Of a DNA stretch of 64,000 nt, positions 56,286 through 64,000 are shown in pieces. The notes under the pieces are model-generated. The model made no database searches and was not told where the DNA came from. It worked only from the letters and a program-made list of their open reading frames with translations. The number at the start of each line of letters is the position of its first letter. The first letter of the stretch is position 1. Origin of the DNA: Desulfobacteraceae bacterium Eth-SRB1 (lineage in GTDB: Bacteria > Desulfobacterota > Desulfobacteria > Desulfobacterales > ETH-SRB1); contig RPGP01000001.1 in the NCBI GenBank assembly GCA_004193555.1, positions 27,367-91,366 of the forward strand, read 5' to 3'. Position numbers and translations under genes: made by a program.

Positions 56286-56747
56286 TTATACAATCCATAG
56301 GGTACGATTTTTTATAGTCTGCACAATTTTGTTGGACACACTTCCAAATACAAAGGCGGCGGTAGCTGACAGGCCTCTTCGCCCAACCACCAGAGTATCA
56401 TAGTTTTCTTTTCTAACTTCCGCTATAATATCCCTGGCGATTCCAACCTCCTTGTCCTGAATCTTCAATTCAATCTTATCATCAGGAAATCCCGCATCCA
56501 ACAAGATGGTTCGACACTTTTCCATTATTTCTTTTGCCAGCTTTTTCTTTTCGCCCACCATCCATTTCAGCTCAACCAATTTTTCCGAAAAATGAGGAAG
56601 GCCAAATTCCTTTTCCAGACTGGGAGATATGGTCGGCAATACAGCAAACAGGGTTATATTAAAAAATGCGGGACTCGCGGCGGAAGCCACATAATTGACA
56701 ACTTTTGTTGCATACTCTGAATCATCTATGGCTATGAGCATCTTCAT
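56286..56747 (-). CDS. Universal stress protein
   Basis: MLIAIDDS, YDTLVVGRRG..FGSVSNKIV; ATG 56747 with RBS AAGGAG. Confidence 0.9.
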   Translation of the reverse strand: MKMLIAIDDSEYATKVVNYVASAASPAFFNITLFAVLPTISPSLEKEFGLPHFSEKLVELKWMVGEKKKLAKEIMEKCRTILLDAGFPDDKIELKIQDKEVGIARDIIAEVRKENYDTLVVGRRGLSATAAFVFGSVSNKIVQTIKNRTLWIV

Positions 56748-56761
56748 AGTTTTCTCTCCTT

Positions 56762-56903
56762 GAGACCTTTGCAAAACGCCCCCTTTTGCCCAATTTCGGC
56801 GTCAGACTCAAATTTTAATCCTCGAAATATTAAATATATTCCTCCGGTTAAAATTTTCGCCTTCCTTGAACTTGAACAAAATTGAACATTTTTCAAAGGT
56901 CTC
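56762..56903 (-). mobile_element. MITE (GAGACCTTTG family), 142 bp, inserted in the usp Shine-Dalgarno
   Basis: Reverse-complement copy of 23099-23240; 5-bp TSD TCCTT (56757-56761, 56904-56908). Confidence 0.88.
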
Positions 56904-56944
56904 TCCTTAATTATAGATAGAGAAACCGCCTGATTTCAGGCTTC

Positions 56945-57745
56945 TTAAGCGGCTACCAGGCTCTGAATAATTCCGGTTGGGCAATCTTCAAAACACTTGC
57001 CGCACCCCGTGCACTTCTCACCGTCAACTATTGCCAGGAATTTATCAACTATTATAGCCTCTTCCGGGCATGCTTTTTTACATTTTCCACAGCCCTGACA
57101 GCCAACATCGCATATTGCCTTGACAACTTTCCCGCCGTCATGGGAACTGCAGAGAGTTGCGACTTTTTGGGATTCTTTTATCAATGTGGGGATATGGCGG
57201 GGACAGATAGCTACACATGTGCCGCAACCTGTGCATAGTTCTTTGTTTACTACAGGCAGTCCATCCCCTCCCATTGTTAAGGCGCCGAACGGACAATTTT
57301 CAACACAGGTGCCAAGACCAAGGCAGCCATACATGCAACTTTTGTCTCCCCCGGCAAGCAGAACAGCCGCCCGGCAGTCTGATACGCCTTTGTAATTGTA
57401 TCTTCGTTTTGCAGCGGTATGGCTGCCCCTGCAAAATATGCTTATTACATCTCTTTCGGTCGCTTCAGCGGATACTCCAAGAACAGCGGCAATCGCCTCT
57501 GCAATATCATCGCCGCCGGCCTTACAGGCATTTGGCGGGGCTTCGCCTGCCACTATAGCGACAGCGCAATCGCTGCAGCCTGCATAGCCGCATCCTCCAC
57601 AGTTTGCGCCTGGCAGACACTCATCTACCGCAACAACTTTTGGATCAACATAGACATAAAAAACTTTTGACGCAACTCCCAGCACAATACTCAGCGCCAG
57701 GCCAAGACCGCCCATTGCCACCATAGCATTTAATATAGGACCCAT
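56945..57745 (-). CDS. rnfB: Rnf complex subunit B (polyferredoxin-type)
   Basis: TM, LPGANCGGCGYAGC, C.YGCLGLGTC..CPFGA, CTGCGTC..CP, two further ferredoxin motifs; ATG 57745 with RBS GGAGG. Confidence 0.93.
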   Translation of the reverse strand: MGPILNAMVAMGGLGLALSIVLGVASKVFYVYVDPKVVAVDECLPGANCGGCGYAGCSDCAVAIVAGEAPPNACKAGGDDIAEAIAAVLGVSAEATERDVISIFCRGSHTAAKRRYNYKGVSDCRAAVLLAGGDKSCMYGCLGLGTCVENCPFGALTMGGDGLPVVNKELCTGCGTCVAICPRHIPTLIKESQKVATLCSSHDGGKVVKAICDVGCQGCGKCKKACPEEAIIVDKFLAIVDGEKCTGCGKCFEDCPTGIIQSLVAA

Positions 57746-58274
57746 GAAATATGTCACCTCCAGCTTAGCTATAACCGATTACTTAATTAATTCGCCGTTG
57801 AAATAATTGTAATAAATTTAATAATACATTCTCCTGTTCTCGCAAATAAGCCCGCTTTTTGTTTTTATAAGCAAGTGGCTTGTAATATATTGATTTATTG
57901 GGATAATAACCTTCAGGGAGAGGGAAGGCGATTTAAAAGGCATGTATGCGCCTGCAACCGCCACAGGCAAATAAAGACCGTTGAGGAAGATAGCTGATTT
58001 CATAAACTTGCTTTCTTTCAAATAGATTTATCTAATCTATCTGTTTGAATATGGAATTGAAATGTAAAAAATATTAGCTTGTAATTTGGCACAACTATAA
58101 TGAACTCTCTAATTTGTCAAGTGAAAAACGATTTGAAATCAGGTTATATATAAAGGCCTGATCCCGCGGCAGGAAGCAAAACGGGATGCTTCTCAACTGT
58201 TTTAAGGGCTAATTATCAGATGGTTATGGGAATATACCGGTGTGTCTTAAGGGGCAAACAGATTAAAGCTTTGC

Positions 58275-58364
58275 TGGTGCCTGGGACGAGAATTGAACTC
58301 GTACAGGGACTAAGCCCCGAGGGATTTTAAGTCCCTTGCGTCTACCAGATTCCGCCACCCAGGC
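58275..58364 (-). tRNA. tRNA-Leu (anticodon TAA)
   Basis: GCCTGGG acceptor stem, anticodon arm AGGGA-CTTAAAA-TCCCT, long variable arm, GTTCAATTC T-loop, encoded CCA. Confidence 0.95.
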
Positions 58365-58443
58365 ATTATTGAGGTTTTCAAGGCTGTTTTCTATACATTA
58401 TGAAAAAAGATGTCAAGAACAACTGCTATTATTCGATCAAGTA

Positions 58444-59100
58444 TTATTTTGTTTTTACCCTGGTTTTTCGCTCCTGTGTAAGCTGTGAAGGCGATGCAGG
58501 CAGGCTTTTTACCTTTGGCAGGGAAATTTTGTATTTCATCGCGACAATGCGGAGACAGATTGTCGCCGCAATTGCGCAAAACAATTGTATGTTCTCGCTG
58601 CATCCAAGAACCCCTGCCGTAACAAAACAAACGCCGCCGAATAAAGCGGCTGTTGCATAGAAGTCTGTTTTGAGGACGGCCGGTATCTCGCAAACCAGCA
58701 TGTCTCTGATAATCCCGCCACCTGTGGCTGTTATTGCAGCCATCATTATGATTCCTATAGTGCCCAGACCACAGATAGATGCTTTGGCAGCGCCGATTGC
58801 CGCAAATACACTCAGGCCGAGCGCATCTGAAGCCATTACAGAATCCCACCGGGTCGCAATTCTTGTGGACCCGATAAACACGAGGAGTCCGCCTGCAAAA
58901 CATACCAGCAGATACGTTTCATTCTGAAATGCTGCCGGTGGAGTAAAGCCAAGTATCAGATCTCTGACAACTCCTCCACCGACGCCTGTGGCTACCGATA
59001 GAACCAGTACGCCAAAAAGGTCGAGTTCATACTTGACTGCGCGAAATGCGCCGGATATGGCGAACACAAATGTGCCGAATATATCAAGAAAATTTATCAT
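58444..59100 (-). CDS. UPF0126/TRIC-family membrane protein (YadS-like)
   Basis: GTFVFAISGA, ATGVGGGVVRD, DALGL, TATGGGIIRD; start placed at ATG 59100. Confidence 0.9.
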   Translation of the reverse strand: MINFLDIFGTFVFAISGAFRAVKYELDLFGVLVLSVATGVGGGVVRDLILGFTPPAAFQNETYLLVCFAGGLLVFIGSTRIATRWDSVMASDALGLSVFAAIGAAKASICGLGTIGIIMMAAITATGGGIIRDMLVCEIPAVLKTDFYATAALFGGVCFVTAGVLGCSENIQLFCAIAATICLRIVAMKYKISLPKVKSLPASPSQLTQERKTRVKTK

Positions 59101-59920
59101 TGTTGATAATCCCTGTTTCTTGAAGAATTGATTTAATGTCTTCCCGGAATATATCCCAATCCGGCGGGCAGTCATTATGACCACAATTATATGTCAGTAT
59201 CCTGCCGCGCTTTGCAGCGTTAGAAAGGGCAACGCCATGTTTGTAAGGAATCAGTTCGTCGTTTTTTCCGTGGATAACGAGAACCGTTCCAGGATATGAC
59301 CTTACTGTTGATATATTGTCAAAGGGGTCCAGCGCAAAAAAACCGGGAACAAGATATTTTGATGCCATCGATCTTGTGCTGATAAATGATGACATCAGGA
59401 TGAGCATTGCGGAAGGCCGCTCCGCTGCAAGAGCGCAAATGGCGCCGCCGCCGATTGAACGTCCTAACAGAATAATTCTGGAAGGATCGACATCCTCTCT
59501 TGCGATTAGAACATCATAAGCTGCAACAAAGGCTTCTGTGATGCTTTTTTGAGATGGAGATCCTTTTGACCTTCCATAACCAGGATACTCGACAAGCAAT
59601 ACACCAATTCCCATTTCTGTAAACTTTTTCAGTGGTTCAGGCCATTGGTCGATTATTTCCGCATTTCCATGAGCAAAGATAACAGCAGGCCGGGGGCCTT
59701 GATCATGTTTCGATAAAGGCGGGATAAACCATGTTTCGATTTTTTCGCAACCTGCATTTATCCAGTTTTTTTCAAGGTCCGGCATGTCGTTACTAATGTT
59801 TGAAGGCTCTGAAATTTTAATGCGGGGAAACATTATATAACGCTGCATAAGGAAAAGGATGCCGCAATAAGCAAAGTAGAGACAGATGAAGAACGATATT
59901 ATTTTAATTAGAATGTTCAA
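59084..59920 (-). CDS. Alpha/beta hydrolase (ABHD13/17-like)
   Basis: FAHGNAE, EYPGYG, GRSIGG nucleophile, HGKNDELIP, GHND. Confidence 0.9.
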   Translation of the reverse strand: MNILIKIISFFICLYFAYCGILFLMQRYIMFPRIKISEPSNISNDMPDLEKNWINAGCEKIETWFIPPLSKHDQGPRPAVIFAHGNAEIIDQWPEPLKKFTEMGIGVLLVEYPGYGRSKGSPSQKSITEAFVAAYDVLIAREDVDPSRIILLGRSIGGGAICALAAERPSAMLILMSSFISTRSMASKYLVPGFFALDPFDNISTVRSYPGTVLVIHGKNDELIPYKHGVALSNAAKRGRILTYNCGHNDCPPDWDIFREDIKSILQETGIINNDKFS

Positions 59921-60127
59921 AAGTTACCTCAGGCAAAGTGATCATTAAAAAATTATATCATGTATGCTTGCATTAATACATAATGGTATGGTAATATTCA
60001 ACTTAAGTTTTGCATCCTTAATTTCTATTATCGTCTAACGCTTTTGAGGAATAGCAGGGTACGAAACTTGAGTATTCAATATTAAAAGGTATGAACTGTT
60101 ACACTGTTTCATCAATCTTAAAAGCAT

Positions 60128-61123
60128 ATGAAAAAGACCGTTTCCTTTTCAAAACATTCCGTAAATGTTTTTTTCCATATCCTCACAAACTGTAATCTTA
60201 AGTGCCGGCACTGCTATATTAACAAAAAACAGCACGGGGATAATCAACTTTCAATAGAAACTATTGAGACATGGCTTGGCGCGTTTGCAGAGAAAAGCGA
60301 CAGGGCAAATGTTATTTTCCTGGGAGGAGAACCCACTCTTCACCCTGATCTGGCATCGGCTATTAAAAAGGCAAAAACTATTGGCTATAAATCCATAACA
60401 GTCGATACAAATGGATATCTCTTTCATAATATACTTTCCAGGGTAGATCATGATATTGTTGACTATTTCAGCTTCAGCCTGGACGGCGCTACAAGACAGA
60501 CAAATGATATGCTCAGGGGAAAGGGATCGTATGATAAATGTATTGCCGGCATTAAAGAAGCAGTTTCAAAAAATTTTACAACAAGCCTTATATATACGGT
60601 GAGCAGCGCCAACATTCATGAACTTCACATGATGGAGCCATTGCTGAAGGATTTGGGAATTGACAGGTTTTTCATACAGGTAATCGGAATCAGGGGAAAA
60701 TCGGCCGGAAACAGCTCTCCAGGATCGCAGGTTTCCAGGTCCCAATGGTTGACCGTAATTCCACAGGTTGTAGAAAAAGTAGCCGGGCGCGGCATTATTG
60801 TTACCTACCCGAAAGTTTTTTTAAGCCCTGAAGAAAAATTTGAATGCGCGGGGCTGGTTGCAGAAAACTATTTTATATTTCCCAACGGCAGGGTATATCG
60901 ATGCCCGTTATGTGAGGATTTTCCTTTGCACAGCATGGAATTTAAAAATAATAATCTAATTGACACTGACAGGATAAACGAGAACGATCTGTTTGAGCTT
61001 AACATTCCTGAAGGATGCGTGATGAACAGAATCATACAGCCTGCCAATCTAAGCTATAACAGCAACGGCGCTCCGGACTATAAAATTGCCTGCTGCCTGC
61101 TGAAAGAGGAAATCAGTATGTAA
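60128..61123 (+). CDS. Radical SAM protein
   Basis: CNLKCRHC, FLGGEPTL, DTNG, FSLDG; Cys-containing C-terminus. Confidence 0.9.
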   Translation: MKKTVSFSKHSVNVFFHILTNCNLKCRHCYINKKQHGDNQLSIETIETWLGAFAEKSDRANVIFLGGEPTLHPDLASAIKKAKTIGYKSITVDTNGYLFHNILSRVDHDIVDYFSFSLDGATRQTNDMLRGKGSYDKCIAGIKEAVSKNFTTSLIYTVSSANIHELHMMEPLLKDLGIDRFFIQVIGIRGKSAGNSSPGSQVSRSQWLTVIPQVVEKVAGRGIIVTYPKVFLSPEEKFECAGLVAENYFIFPNGRVYRCPLCEDFPLHSMEFKNNNLIDTDRINENDLFELNIPEGCVMNRIIQPANLSYNSNGAPDYKIACCLLKEEISM

Positions 61124-61173
61124 ACAGATAATGAGCCGTTTTGTAAAATTATTGAGATCAAAAGGAGTTTACA

Positions 61174-61407
61174 ATGCCCATATTCGAATATGTATGTAAA
61201 AACTGTGATTGCCGTTTTGAACAACTGGTTCTTTCCCCCAAAGATCCTCCCCCTGAATGTCCCAAATGCTGTGGCAACAACGTGAAAAAGCTTATATCTG
61301 CCGGAAATGTCAGGCCCCATGGCATTCCCACAGGTTCGGGCGGATTCAAGGCGCCGGCGTGCATGTCTTGCGGCTCATCCGCAAATCCCGCAAAGATGAA
61401 CCCTTAG
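61174..61407 (+). CDS. FmdB-family zinc-ribbon protein
   Basis: MPIFEYVCKNC...FEQL...CPKC; RBS AAGGAG. Confidence 0.88.
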   Translation: MPIFEYVCKNCDCRFEQLVLSPKDPPPECPKCCGNNVKKLISAGNVRPHGIPTGSGGFKAPACMSCGSSANPAKMNP

Positions 61408-61548
61408 CTTTTTGCTAACCGATTTTGAATAATGATGTGTTATGTTTTATAATATTATCAATGCCTTGAGCCGACAACTGCTGTAATGCAGCATGTAATT
61501 ATCTCGGTCAGAAGGAAAAGACTAACAGGCGGGAAGGACTATTAAGGG

Positions 61549-61905
61549 TCAGGCAAGAAGATCCTTAATACTTTTAAGCTCCAGGCGGATATCGTCTAAA
61601 ACGTCTGAGGAACTCTTTTCTTTTTTTTCGTTGGTTAGGGATTTAAAGTGCTGCTTTGCTCCCTGGATTGTAAATTTTTTTTCATAGAGAAGATGTTTGA
61701 TTTGAAGTATCAGTTCAACATCATTTTTGCTGTACAGTCTCTGGCCTGACGATGTCCGCTTTGGGTTGATTTTTTTAAATTCGGATTCCCAGAACCTTAA
61801 CACATATGTCGGAAGCCCTGCAATTTCACCAACTTCTCCGATCTTGAAATACAGCTTGTCAGGCAGTTCTTTTTTATATGGCTGGCTGTTTTGCAAAGGT
61901 CTCAT
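61549..61905 (-). CDS. MerR-family transcriptional regulator
   Basis: PDKLYFKIGEV, YVLRFWESEF, GQRLY, FTIQGAK. Confidence 0.92.
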   Translation of the reverse strand: MRPLQNSQPYKKELPDKLYFKIGEVGEIAGLPTYVLRFWESEFKKINPKRTSSGQRLYSKNDVELILQIKHLLYEKKFTIQGAKQHFKSLTNEKKEKSSSDVLDDIRLELKSIKDLLA

Positions 61906-61907
61906 TA

Positions 61908-64000
61908 TCAGGCAGGAAGCGACGCATTAAATTTCTTTATAAGCCTGCCGGTAATCTCCCTGTGAATTGAATTTACCGTTTCATCCTCAAGTGTTTGTGC
62001 GGCTGATCTGTATGTAATTCTGAATGATATGCTTTTTTTGCCTGCCGGAACAGGGGTTCCTTCATATACATCAAACAGATGCAGATTTTCCACAATCTCT
62101 TCATCAAGGCCTTCAACCAGTTGCAATATATTCATTGCCTCAATATCTTTGTCAACAATAAGTGTAATATCCCTTGATGTGGCAGGAAACTTTGGTATGG
62201 GCTGAGCTGATTTAATATCAGGCACAATCCCTGTGAGTTTGTCGAAATCCAGCTCAAAAACACAGGCTTTCTGCTTTAAATCGTAATTCCGCAGAACATG
62301 AGGATGAACCTCTCCGATAAGGCCGATTACATTGTCGTCAACGATAATTCTTGCTGAATATCCCGGTTTTGTATAACAGCAGGCATCAGGCTCCATACCG
62401 GTAAAGGTTGTATTTATTATTCCAAGATTCCTTAAAAGCTCTTCAACAGCCCCTTTTAAGTCATAAAAATCACAGCTTATTTCCTTTGAACCCCAGTAAG
62501 CATCAACCCTTGCGCCTGTCCAGAGACCCGATAATATTTCAACCTCATCAGGCAGGCTGTCTTTTTGTCCGGTATTGAAAAAAACATTGCCGATTTCAAA
62601 CAGCTTGAGGTTCCTGTTCTGTACGGAGATGTTGTATTGCATGGTTTCAAGCAGGCCCGGTATCAGGGATATGCGCATTGTGGATTGATCTTCCGCTATC
62701 GGATTTAAAACATCCATCATCCGTCTTTTGGGATCATCAGCTTTAAGTTCGAGACGATCACATGATAATTTATTGATAAAACTGTAATTGATCGCTTCAG
62801 TAAAGCCAAGACAGGTCATGAGCTGTTTAAGGCGGTTTCTTAACTCGATTTTTTTTGACGGCGGCCTGGCTTCCGCGGGTATTAGCGGAAAAGTCGTTGC
62901 AATATTATTATAACCATAAAGCCGCGCAATCTCTTCGGTCAGGTCTTCAAATCTGTTTATATCGACCCTGAAAGACGGCGGAATAACCCGGAGGTTATCG
63001 TCATCGATTTTTTCAACAGCAAACTCAATGGACTTTAAGTATTGCTTAATTTCATCCTGAGACAGGCTTGTGCCAAGACGACGATTTGAAGCATCGACGC
63101 TCAGGGTGATCACCCTTTCAGGCGCAGGTTTTGGGTATTCATCAATTATGCCGTGAATTATTTTGCCGCCGCAGATTTTGGAGATAAGCTGCATTGCCCG
63201 GTTTAATGCTTTTACAGTGCCCCCTGAGTCTGTTCCCCGTTCAAAACGGTGGGATGCATCTGTGGCAAGCCCTGTTTTTTTAGAAGTTTTCCGTATGCAG
63301 ACAGGATCGAAATATGCGCTTTCAAGAAGAATTCTTGTGGTGGACTCTTCAATTTCCGAATTCATTCCTCCCATGACTCCCGCAAGGGCAACCGGTTTTT
63401 CACCGTCACAGATCAGGAGCATTCCCGTGGAAAGTATCCGTTCTTTCTGATCAAGGGTTGTAAATTTTTCCCCTTGTTCAGCCGTCCTGACAACGATCCT
63501 GTTTTCTGCAAGGCGGTCAAAGTCAAATGCGTGCAGCGGCTGGCCGGTTTCCATCATTACAAAATTGGTGATATCGACGATATTGTTGATCGGTTTTAAA
63601 CCCACGGAAACAAGACGCTCCTGAAGCCAGAAAGGGGAAGGCTCAATCTTAATATCAAAAACAAGCCTTGCGGAATATCTCGGGCAAAGATCGGTGTCCA
63701 TTATGGTAACAGAGCTAAAATGTAAAATGTCTTTGGCAGTATCCGGTGATTCAGCCGGTGGTTCAAAAAGATTAATTTCAGGATAGGATAGCTTTGTTTT
63801 CTGAAATGCCGCTATTTCGCGCGCTGTGCCGATAATGCTGAGACAGTCCGGCCTGTTCGGAGTAAGATCGATTTCAAAAACCGTGTCTGACAGTCCAAGA
63901 GCATGATGGAGTTTAGTCCCAACAGCATGATTCCGGTCGAGTTCCATGATGCCGTCGCCTGATATGCCAAGGCCTAATTCAATTGGACTGCACAGCATTC
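61908..64000 (-). CDS. pheT: Phenylalanyl-tRNA synthetase beta subunit (5' end outside window)
   Basis: DLTPNRPDCLS, INNIVDITN, GQPLHAFD, SHRFERG, EEIARLYGY, C-terminal FDX-ACB (LFDVY.G...GKKS). Confidence 0.96.
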   Translation of the reverse strand, partial: MLCSPIELGLGISGDGIMELDRNHAVGTKLHHALGLSDTVFEIDLTPNRPDCLSIIGTAREIAAFQKTKLSYPEINLFEPPAESPDTAKDILHFSSVTIMDTDLCPRYSARLVFDIKIEPSPFWLQERLVSVGLKPINNIVDITNFVMMETGQPLHAFDFDRLAENRIVVRTAEQGEKFTTLDQKERILSTGMLLICDGEKPVALAGVMGGMNSEIEESTTRILLESAYFDPVCIRKTSKKTGLATDASHRFERGTDSGGTVKALNRAMQLISKICGGKIIHGIIDEYPKPAPERVITLSVDASNRRLGTSLSQDEIKQYLKSIEFAVEKIDDDNLRVIPPSFRVDINRFEDLTEEIARLYGYNNIATTFPLIPAEARPPSKKIELRNRLKQLMTCLGFTEAINYSFINKLSCDRLELKADDPKRRMMDVLNPIAEDQSTMRISLIPGLLETMQYNISVQNRNLKLFEIGNVFFNTGQKDSLPDEVEILSGLWTGARVDAYWGSKEISCDFYDLKGAVEELLRNLGIINTTFTGMEPDACCYTKPGYSARIIVDDNVIGLIGEVHPHVLRNYDLKQKACVFELDFDKLTGIVPDIKSAQPIPKFPATSRDITLIVDKDIEAMNILQLVEGLDEEIVENLHLFDVYEGTPVPAGKKSISFRITYRSAAQTLEDETVNSIHREITGRLIKKFNASLPA

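Noticed and set aside
1336-56903. Fold-back elements as integron attC sites
   Set aside because: No consistent RYYYAAC/GTTRRRY ends, no integrase or cassette array, and they have target-site duplications.
57818-58021. 67-aa ORF or riboswitch upstream of rnfB
   Set aside because: No recognisable protein motif, RBS or riboswitch consensus.
58020-58364. tRNA-Leu as the attachment site of a genomic island covering the energy region
   Set aside because: No integrase and no duplicated tRNA 3' end seen in the window; the adjacent genes look native.
61549-61910. No ihfA between pheT and the MerR regulator
   Set aside because: Differs from the gammaproteobacterial order, but the genes are only 2 bp apart with no remnant; probably a normal lineage arrangement.
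44-63599. Numerous antisense and alternate-frame ORFs overlapping the called genes
   Set aside because: They are shadows of well-supported genes, with no motifs of their own.
1-64000. Selenocysteine or pyrrolysine read-through, or split pseudogenes
   Set aside because: The called proteins appear full-length and I saw no motif interrupted by an in-frame TGA or TAG; not tested exhaustively.

Overview
Chromosomal window of an anaerobic deltaproteobacterium. Gene content (cytochrome c3, Rnf, many sigma-54 regulators, CBS and USP proteins) suggests a Desulfobacterales-like sulfate reducer; this is inferred. Left to right: (1) 1-16.7 kb, a dense two-component/sigma-54 cluster around a DASS/SLC13 anion transporter, a CBS protein and a PEP-synthase-like dikinase without a pyruvate-binding barrel. 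(2) An AcuB-USP-Pat-AcuB acetylation module. (3) An orphan NapH-like gene, acyl-CoA dehydrogenase, phasin-like/UbiB, ETF-QO and nfo. (4) 30-58 kb, a redox/Na+ bioenergetics region: a cytochrome-linked heme-c sensor kinase relay; a sigma-54-type promoter before a usp-mrp-like operon with three antiporter subunits and an embedded, catalytically degenerate paralog of the local activator; and, converging on it, a cytochrome c3-linked Rnf whose RnfC and RnfD lack the usual NADH/FMN motifs, with rnfB displaced upstream past USPs and a putative Na+/H+ antiporter. (5) tRNA-Leu(TAA), housekeeping genes and the 3' part of pheT. Intergenic DNA is full of non-autonomous repeats: 140-190 bp fold-back MITE-like elements with target-site duplications, where four different end families share one apical hairpin motif; one element carrying a tandem NrdR-box-like pair; tiny hairpins that replace target sequence; and many 7-9 bp tandem repeats. 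No CRISPR array, integrase or transposase was seen. All calls come from reading motifs by eye; no database searches were run.
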